Shown piece after piece: positions 1 to 10,692 of a stretch of DNA of 64,000 nucleotides. Position 1 is the first letter of the stretch. Each line of letters begins with the position of its first letter. Source of the stretch: Octopus bimaculoides (lineage: Eukaryota); NCBI RefSeq assembly GCF_001194135.2, contig NC_069006.1, positions 4,251,368-4,315,367 of the forward strand, written 5' to 3'. The notes under the pieces were generated by a model. That model saw nothing but the letters and a program-made list of their open reading frames with translations, was not told the origin of the DNA and did no database searches. The position numbers were made by a program, and so were the translations under genes.

Positions 1-665
1 AAATATATATATTTAAAACTTTGGATATATAAACAAGGAGAACGATCCCTAAGGAGTCTAATTTAGACTTTTTTGCGGTGAAATCTCCTGCTATATTGGT
101 AACGATTACATGGTTTTCTATGAACAATTATATATATGTATATAGATAGATAGATATACACACGTGTGTGTGTCAAATCTACCAAAAGCTAATGAGAGAC
201 TAGAGATATATATGGCAGTGATTTAAAAACTTAAAGACTCTCTCCCAACAAACCATTTACAAATATCCAAATTTCCTGCAACAGTTCTGCCTTCATTAAG
301 CATCACATTCTGAATAGCATGAAATCATGGACATAAAAACAGTAAAAATACTTTAAAAGAAAACTACACAAGTTCTGTAAATTTACATTTTAATTTCATT
401 CATCTCCAACAGTATATTATGTATGAAGCCAACAAGAGAGCATCCATATGGTCGCTTGATCTGCTAGAAATAACAGACAAATCTCCTTTGAATCACATTT
501 CAGTTTTATTAAAGAGAAAATAACACAGTGTCTGAATTAAGACAGGATGTTCATGGCTGGAACACCTTTGATCATGTGTCTGCTTGGTCAGAAAATGACT
601 TGCTACTACATAACCGTATATTATATATTTTTTTATATCAATAGCATCTCTCTCTCTCTTTCCAG

Positions 666-764
666 GTGGACCTTGATTTAGAAATAAAGGCATATTATGC
701 AGGACATGTTTTAGGAGCTGCAATGTTTTATGTCAAGTCTGGCCAGCAATCCCTTGTCTACACA
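666..764 (+). CDS. INTS11: INTS11 coding exon ([33 protein letters not shown])
   Basis: ccag acceptor after CT tract; gtaagg donor at 765; 99 nt, phase 0/0; contains MBL GH motif. Confidence 0.95.
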
Positions 765-818
765 GTAAGGAATCTTGTCTTAACCACATCTTTTATTCTT
801 TTTTTTTTTTAGCAAATT

Positions 819-864
<46 letters not shown>

Positions 865-3800
865 TTTCTTTCTCCCTCCTTCCCTCCTTTCTCCCTCTCT
901 CTCCATCCCATCTCCCTCGGGACTGGATTGTTTGACACTCTACATCCTGATTTCAGGTTCATTATGGTANNNNNNNNNNTTGACAAATGTCGACCAGATT
1001 TGCTTATTACCGAATCCACTTACGCTACAACGATCCGAGATTCAAAGCGTTGTCGCGAGAGAGATTTCCTCAAGAAGGTTCACAGTTGTGTCGAGAAAGG
1101 GGGTAAGGTAAGTCAATATTTTTATAAGTTTTTTTTTTTTATAAAGTTTTTTTTTCTTTATTATTTTGAGGTTAAAAACATAAGGACAACATTTTTCTTT
1201 TTCGTTATCCTTTTCATTTTTCCCCTTTGTAATAGGTGTCCTTTTCTTATTCCCTCCAACACTGTTCACCTTATTATGAAAATAATGTAACCTTGTTCTT
1301 AAATTGTATTATTTTCAGGTATAAAAACATAAGAAAAACATTTTCTACAAGTTTCTTGCCTCTTTCCTCTCAGTTTTTCCCACTTTAAGAACTATATTCT
1401 CCTCCTTTTGCTCTACATTCTTCAATGATCTTTTCAATCCTCTTTTGGAAATGTTACATTGTCTTTGGATTAAATTCATTATCTCTATCAAAGGTCACTC
1501 CTAATCCTGTTTCATTATATTCTCCAGGTTTTGATTCCAGTATTTGCTTTAGGAAGAGCACAAGAATTGTGTATATTACTAGAGACATATTGGGACCGGA
1601 TGAACCTAAAAGTACCCATTTATTTCTCACTTGGGCTCACTGAGAAGGCTAGTAATAGTTACTTTATCTCTTTCTCTGTTCTGCATAACGTTAAACCTTT
1701 TGTTACCATATTTCTGTCGAAATACATGGCCTTTCTTTTCAACTTATTGTGAAAATAATAAAGAATTCAGTGAAATAATTTTGCCATTATTAAATTGATG
1801 TTTACGGTGATAGAATCATTAACATGCTGGTCAAAATGCTTGGTGGTGTTTCATCCTTTCAAGGTCAAGGAAATAAGTACCAGTTGAGCACTGGGGTTGA
1901 TGTAATTGACTTACCTCCACTCTTAAAATTGCTGGCCTTGTGCCAAAATTTGAAACCCTTATTAAACTGCTGTGTGGGCTATATCTGTATATTCCCTTGA
2001 CCAAGGTAACAGTTCACCTTAAATGTTAAGATGCTGGTCTACCAAAGAGTTAGTTAATCTGTATGAATTCATTGTGCAAATTCAAAATCCATGTAGAGAC
2101 AGATTGAGGTGATTTCCCAAGGGATGGCATAGTCAGATCTGAGAATACTGGGGTCAGCTGAAGGGAAGACAACAGGATTGGGATGAATGAAGACACAGTA
2201 TGATGATGTACTCTTATTGAATCCTTGTAGACATCAAAGCAATACTGAAGAGGATAACAATGGGACTGTTCAAGCAAAGACTCTTATTTCACAATAACCC
2301 TACCACTACAAGACCAGGAGGTACCGTGGTGGAGCTACAGTTTGCGCTACTGAGAACTAAATCTCTTTGATACTAATGAGACTGGGATATAGGGCAGATA
2401 ACATTGATGAGGCCATGCTGGGGCATTGCCTTAAAAAATTTTTAGTGGAATCAATCAACCCCAGTACTTTTTTTTTAAGCATAATACTCTTTCTATTGTT
2501 TTTTTTTTTTTTTTGCCAAACTGCAAGTTATGGGGATGTAAACACACCAACACCAGTTATCAGGCAGTGGTTGGGGACAAATGCACACACACACACACAC
2601 ACATATACAACGGACTTCTTTCAGTTTCCATCTACCAAATCCACTCAGTGTTTTGGTCGGCCCAAAGCTATATTAGAACACACTTGCTTAAGGTGCCATA
2701 CAGTGGGACTGAGCCTGGAACCATGTAGTTGGGAAGCAAGCATCTTACCACACAGCCACACCTGCATTTATATATCACAAAAACGATGGTGGTCTCAGGG
2801 ATATCGGTATCGAAAAGGTTCAAATATCTTTGAAAGCAAGTTACTAGGATATAGGATTCAAAACATTGGTTGTTCCACTGATAGGTCAGGCATGTTAATT
2901 CAACTGGCTGTGACTCTCGTTAATTGGCAAATATACTGATCTTGTATGTGTTTGTGTACATTTTGTAGGCAAACCATTATTACAAACTGTTTATCACATG
3001 GACCAGTCAGAAGATCAAGAAAACCTTTGTACAGCGAAACATGTTTGAGTTCAAACATATCAAGGTATTGTATTGTATACTATTGTCTTTGCTACACACA
3101 CACACATTATGATAAAGAACCCTAAAATCTGAGACTTTTTATAAAAAAATATTTTTATCATAAACAAGAGATGTTCTCGTTACTATGAACGACAAAAGCT
3201 GAGATAGTTCAAAGGTAATTGTTCTGGGACCAGGTATGATAGTAGTAGTTGTAGTGATTTTAGCTGGTCATTGTGTGCTGCTGTCACCATCCGTCCATTG
3301 TTTCCGCACTGTTGCAGCACTCTGGTCAGCTGCTGATTCTGCTACTGTCTGCTATCTTCCCTATCTGGTCATCAATCAGTAGTGGCTAAAATGTACTGAA
3401 TATATAGTGGTGGTCTTGCTCAGAAAAAAAGTGTGCCAAAGATGAAATTGTTGCTAGATCCAGTTCCACACACAGTCTTGAATGGTCAGATTGTTTTAAT
3501 GACTTTGGTAATATTCTTGGGAATTGTGATCTTTTTCTTGAGTTGTTTCTTTTTTTTACATTGGATTTAGTGATCCAGATTTGATGGTTAAGTATTTCTG
3601 CTAGATACATATATTGTTGCTATGGTGATAAGAAGAGAAATGCAGATGGAAAGCTTAGGGTCTTGATGGTTGTGATTATGATGATGAAGCAGTAAATGTC
3701 TTTTGAAGTTTATAAATAAGCAGTTGATGACTTGTGTGAAACTGTAATATGGACTAATTGTTCAAAGTAAACTCAAAGTCAGAAAGTACATGGCCTAGTG

Positions 3801-3968
3801 GTTAGGTTGTCAGGCTTATGATCATAAGGCTGTAGGTTCAGTTCCTGGACTGGGTGGTGTGTTGTGTTCTTGAGCAAAGCTCTTCATTTCACATTGCTCC
3901 AGTCTGCTCAGTTGTAAATGAATACCAAATGAGAGCTGGCATAGCTCTCTCGCTCTTTCCCTTGCCCC

Positions 3969-4000
<32 letters not shown>

Positions 4001-7000
4001 GGATGCAGAGATGGATGTCGGAGGTATATAGGGGTGGATATAATGAGCGATGAGCAAAGGTGGTGGGGAACACCAATGTCAGATATGAGAGAAGTTGTTG
4101 AAAAGTAACTCTGTGTAATCTTGTTGGGGATGTTGAGATGGCATTAGTGATGCTGGTGAACGAACAAATGGAGACAACATTGAGAGCATTGAAAAGACTC
4201 TTTCATTTTGCTGAGGGACCAGATGACCTCTCTAGTGCTTGTGCCACAACAAAATTATGCTCTGTAAAGGGGTTGGTGATAGAAAGGGTATCCAGCTGTA
4301 GAAACCAAGCCAAAAAGCAAGATGTGGTCTGCAAGTATCTTGAATATGAACTATAGAAACCCATTTCACTCATACCAGCATGAAAAAAGTGAACATAAAA
4401 CAATAGGTTAACATACACGGATAGCTGAAACTGTAGTAATCAATCTGAAAGAAATACTGTTATGATTTGCTATGTTTTTATCAATGTATCTTTCAGCCAT
4501 TTGATCGAGCTTTCATTGACAACCCTGGGGCAATGGTGGTGTTTGCCACACCAGGAATGCTGCATGCTGGACTCTCATTACAAATCTTCCGCAAATGGGC
4601 TTCAAACGAAAACAACATGGTAAGTTGACATCTCTGTTGTGAGAAGTTACATTTTTCTTTTTGTGCTTGTGTGTGAAGAGGTGCATAAAAATTCACCAAA
4701 TTTTCTAATTGGTTGAATTCAAATAGTCTTCTTCGAGGAATTGCAAGTAAGACACATCTCACAATACTGCAGCAAGAATCTGTGTCCTTTTTGTCTTTGG
4801 TAGGTCCCCAATTTCATCTTGTGTGTGTCTATAACATCAATGTAGTTGAATGGTCTCTGTCCTCTACTCAGGTGTGGAAATCCTCTGATGAGATCTTTTG
4901 TTCAGTACAATGGCAGTGGTCAGCAAAATTGACCCTGCATTGAGCAATAATATTGAAGATGGATGGAGTGAGTTCATAAATCTCCTCTTTGATTCTTGTG
5001 CTCACACTTTGGGATGTTTTGAGCCTTCATGAACAGCTTGGTATGTGTACGGTCAAAGTATTCTTGAAGCTCCTTCTTCAAAGTCCAGGTTTCAGCTCCA
5101 TAAAAGTAGAGAACAGCCATCTTCATGGGTCAGAATTTCAAATCCAATTTAGACATATATCTTTTTTTTTGTTGCTAAACAAAAGATACCTGTCAGTATT
5201 TCTACCTTCTTCATAATTTCACTACTGTCATTCTTTATTGTAAAAGTTATCTGTAGGCGTGGCTGTGGTAAGAAGCTTGCTTCCCAACCACATGATTCTG
5301 GGTTCATGATCCCCAACCACACGAGTCCTTGAGTGGATTTGGTTGACAGAAACTGAAAGAGGCCCATTGTATGTGTCTGTATGTATGTATGTATGTATAT
5401 ATACATGATGGATTCTCCCGTTGTTAGATGACATACGAGGGTTCGACAGTTTCTTACCAAACAACCACACAAATGATTTATTTATAGTGATCAAATGTTT
5501 GTGTAGACATAAGCTCACTCCCTCCATTAAATCAACATTACCTGGTATATATATATATATATGTATGTATATATATANNNNNNNNNNNNNNNNNNNNNNN
5601 NNNNNNNNNNNNNNNNNNNNNNNNNNNNNNNNNNNNNNNNNNNNNNNNNNNNNNNNNNNNNNNNNNNNNNNNNNNNNNNNNNNNNNNNNNNNNNNNNNNN
5701 NNNNNNNNNNNNNNNNNNNNNNNNNNNNNNNNNNNNNNNNNNNNNNNNNNNNNNNNNNNNNNNNNNNNNNNNNNNNNNNNNNNNNNNNNNNNNNNNNNNN
5801 NNNNNNNNNNNNNNNNNNNNNNNNNNNNNNNNNNNNNNNNNNNNNNNNNNNNNNNNNNNNNNNNNNNNNNNNNNNNNNNNNNNNNNNNNNNNNNNNNNNN
5901 NNNNNNNNNNNNNNNNNNNNNNNNNNNNNNNNNNNNNNNNNNATAGAAGATTGTCTTGAGATGCGGGATCTATTTCTAATCTAGCTGCTGCTATGGCAGA
6001 ACCTGAAGCTGAGAACCAGCCCATGGCCCTCTTTGAGTCAATTCATTTATATACATTACCTAAAGGAATTATCATTCTCTATAGTTAAAAGAAAGACAAA
6101 TCTGTTTATAATGTGTGTGTGTGTGTGGCAAGGTGGCAGAATAGTTAGCAGGCCAAGCAAAATGCTTAGTGGCATTTCATCTGTCCGTACGTTCTGAGTT
6201 CAAATTCTGCCGAGGTCAGCTTTGCCTTTCATCCTTTCGGTGTCATTGAAATAAGTACCAGTTCAGCACTGGGGGTCAATGTAACTGACTTATCTCCTTC
6301 CTCAAAACTGCCGGCCTTGTGCCAAAATTTGAAGTCAATTGGAAACCAATTTCTATGTGTGTGTCTACTTTCAGCTTATAATGCCTGGTTATTGTGTTGC
6401 TGGGACAGTGGGACATAAAGTTCTCAGTGGAGTCAAACGGTTGGAGTTTGAAAAACAAGTGGTGAGTGAATAATGTTTATTATTTTTATTTTCTTTTATG
6501 TTTTTCTTCTTGCATCTCTGGTGCACTCTAACATTAGAACTAAGATACGAGCCAGCTTACTGTACTGTCACATTTGAAGTCCTGTCATTTATTTACAGGC
6601 ATAGCATTTACAACACACATGGGCCCAGGTGATGTTATAAGAGCTCCTGTGGGTCTTCACACAGACACACAAACATATACACGCACACACACACATATAT
6701 ACGATGGGCTTCTTTCAGTTTCCGTCTACCAAATCCACTCACAAGGCTTTGGTTGGCCCGAGGCTATAGTAGAAGACACTTGCCCAAGGTGCCACGCAGT
6801 GGGACTGAACCTGGAACCATGTGTTTGGTAAGCAAGCTACTTACCACACAGCCACTCCTACGCCTATAGTTTTTTTGCTTTAACCCGTTAGCATTTAAAC
6901 TGGCCATATCCAGCCAAAATATTCTACCTGTTTTATTCTTAAAATGGCCAGATCAAGTCTTTCACTCCTGTCCTATAATGCCATTAAAAAAAATATACAA

Positions 7001-7853
7001 TTATCGTCATCATCATTGTTTAACATCCACTTTCCATGCTGGCATGGGTTGGACGGTTTGACTGAGGACTGGCAAGCCAGTAGGCTGCACCAGGCTCCAA
7101 TCTGATCTGGCAATTTTCTACGGCTGGATGCCCTTCCTAATGCCAAGCACTCCGAGAGTGTAGTGAGTACTTTTTATGTGCCACCAGCACAGGAGCCAGT
7201 CAGGCAGCACTAGCATTGACCACGCTCGAATGGTGCTTTTCATGTGCCACCAGCATGGGTGCCAGTCAGGTGACACTGGCATCGGTCATGCTCAAATGGA
7301 GCTTTTACCGTATTTGATTCTGTAGGTAGTTATATATATATATATATNNNNNNNNNNNNNNNNNNNNNNNNNNNNNNNNNNNNNNNNNNNNNNNNNNNNN
7401 NNNNNNNNNNNNNNNNNNNNNNNNNNNNNNNNNNNNNNNNNNNNNNNNNNNNNNNNNNNNNNNNNNNNNNNNNNNNNNNNNNNNNNNNNNNNNNNNNNNN
7501 NNNNNNNNNNNNNNNNNNNNNNNNNNNNNNNNNNNNNNNNNNNNNNNNNNNNNNNNNNNNNNNNNNNNNNNNNNNNNNNNNNNNNNNNNNNNNNNNNNNN
7601 NNNNNNNNNNNNNNNNNNNNNNNNNNNNNNNNNNNNNNNNNNNNNNNNNNNNNNNNNNNNNNNNNNNNNNNNNNNNNNNNNNNNNNNNNNNNNNNNNNNN
7701 NNNNNNNNNNNNNNNNNNNNNNNNNNNNNNNNNNNNNNNNNNNNNNNNNNNNTCCATGGAGAAGCAGCTAAAATGGATTTCCTCAAACAGAAAATTCAAC
7801 AGGAATTTGGTAAGTTGACTCCACTTACTTTTCCTCTCGTTTCTTTCAGCTTT

Positions 7854-7892
<39 letters not shown>

Positions 7893-10657
7893 GGAGTGAG
7901 CACATAAATGTGCAACAAGGTGCAAAAAAGAGTACTCAAATACCAGAGGTAGAGTAATGTGCTTTATTTAAAAGCAGCAGAAATATTTTTAAAAACTGTT
8001 ACTCGGCTGGAGTGTATATCAGCCAAAACGTTGTGTTAACAACAAACAAGATGAGGACAAATATCTGTCAATTGTAAATAATGTACATAATTCCTCATCT
8101 CTTAAATATAGAACTGTAAAAGCAACACTGGTTGTCAAGCAGTGAAGATGACAAAGACACATGCATATACACACACTCACTCACACACACACACACACAC
8201 ATATGCGACAGGCTTCTTTCAGTTTCCGTCTACCAAATCCACTCACAAGGCTTTGGTCGGCCCAAGGCTATAGTAGAAGACACTTGCCCAAGGTGCCACG
8301 CAGTGGGACTGAACTCGGAACCATGTGGTTGGTAAGCAAGCTACTTGCCACACAGCCACTCCTGCGCCTATATGAACTTCCACGCAGTTTGTCTACCAAA
8401 TGCACCCACATGGCAATGGTCAGCCTGGAGTTAACCTTATCACAGTGTATTCCCACTATAACTGGAATAGGTGAAACCTCATCTCAGCCAGATTCCTGGT
8501 AAAGCGGTAGTGAGCATCACACATAGATGAAGAAAATGTGGCTGAAATCATTACTCTTGTGCTGTCTCATCATCGTCATCATCATTGTCTAACATCCACT
8601 TTCCATGCTGGCATGGGTTGGATGGCTTGAGACAAAGAGCTAGCTAGACTCCACTTGTCTGTTGTGGCATGGTTTCTATGACTGGATATCTTTCCTAATG
8701 TCAACCACTTTACAGAGTGTGCTGGGTGCTTTTTACATTCTACTGTCACGGGTGTAATTAACGCAGCACCAGCACAAGTGCATTGATGCAGCACTGGCAT
8801 GGGTGCTTTTAAGTGGCACCAACACTTAAAAGAATAAAAATGAGTAAAATCACCGTCCTCCACACACACACGCTTGTATGTGTGGAAGACTGATTTTACT
8901 CATCTTTATTCTTTCTGCTCTGGAGACCAGCTGGAGGGTAAAGTTTGACCCAGAAAGGGTTAAAGTAGAAGATACTTGCCCAAGGTGCTGTGCAGTGGGA
9001 TTGAACCCAAAATACCTCTAATACCCCTGATGCTTCAAGGCAACATCTTCGAGAAGTGTTGCCTTTTGTTATGATGTCTGTGTCTTGTAACACTCCTGTT
9101 TCTCTATTTGTCTTACATCCCTCTTGTTTCTCCCTTTCAGGAATCGACTGTTTCAAGCCAGCAAATGGTGAGACAACTGTTATCCGTACAATACATAATG
9201 TTCCTTTAGACATTTCTGTAAATCTCTTGAAGCGAGAAGCTTCTTTATCAGGTTTGTGCTGATGTTCTTTCCCGTTTTTTTTTTTTTTTTTACATTTTGT
9301 TTTTACTCTTTTATTCTGTCTACCAAATTCCCTCACAAGAAAGAATTTGGTAGACAGAAACCAAAAGAAACCTGTCATACATACACACATAGTTTATAGA
9401 TCCAATGTAGGTCGAATCATTAAAAAAGTACCCCATCCTGTGAGAGAATAAATACCAATTTAATTCACAATTACATGTTTTTTTTTCTTCTCATTTTCCC
9501 CCATTTTATCACAGTCCAGCATCCTAGTTTTAAATAAATTTGATGTATGAACTGAGCCTGAAAAATTGCTTGGAGATACATGCCGTGTTTTAAATCTGCC
9601 AGTTTAAAGTATCATAAAGCATGAAACTTTTGTAATCTTGGATTAAATTTATATATATCTTTGTGAAGGCACATGGCTCAGTGGTTAGAGCATCAGACTC
9701 ACAAGCTAGAGGTAGTGAGTTCAATTCCTGGACCAAGCTGTGTGTTGTTCTTGAGCAAGACACTTTATTTCACATTGCTTCAGTTCACTCATCTGTAGAA
9801 ATGAGTTGCAATGTCACTGGTGCCAAGCTGTATCGGACCCTTTGCCTTTTCCTCGGATAACATCGGTGGCATGGAGAAGAGAGGCTGGTATGCATTTGTG
9901 ACTGCTGGTCTTCCATACACAACCTTTGCTTGGACTTGTGCCTTGGAGGGGAGCTTTCTAGGTGCAAACTCATGATCATTCATGACCAAAGAGGGTCTTT
10001 ACCCTTTATATCATCATCTGCGTGGAGGCGCAATGGCCCAGTGGTTAGGGCAAAGGATCGCGGTTTCGNNNNNNNNNNACCTAAAGCTCCACGAGGCTCC
10101 GGCAGGGGATGGTGGCGAACCCTGCTGTACTCTTCCACCACAACTTTCTCTCACTCTTACTTCCTGTTTCTGTTGTGCCTGTAATTGAAAGGGGCCAGCC
10201 TTGTCACACTGTGTCACGCTGAATATCCCCGAGAACTACATTAATGGTACACGTGTCTGTGGAGTGCTCAGCCACTTGCACGTTAATTCCATGAGCAGGC
10301 TGTTCCGTTGATCGGATCAACTGGAACCCTCGACGTCGTAAGCAACGGAGTGCCAACAACAGCAATCATCATCATCCATTGTCCATGCTGGCATAGGTTG
10401 GACAGTTTGACCAGGACTGGCAAACTGAGGGACTGCACCAGACTCCATATATATATGTGTGTGTGTGTGTGTATGTGTAGATGACAGGTTTCTTACCTTT
10501 TTTTTGTCTCCTCCTCCTCCTCCTCCCAGTCTCTCCTGGTCTTTCCTCTAATCTTGACTATATCTGAAACGTTTTACTTTTACTCTTTAACTTTATTCTT
10601 TCTATGAGTGTCAACCTAATAATATTAACTGCGAGTGTCCCCTGGACTTTTGTTGGT

Positions 10658-10692
<35 letters not shown>

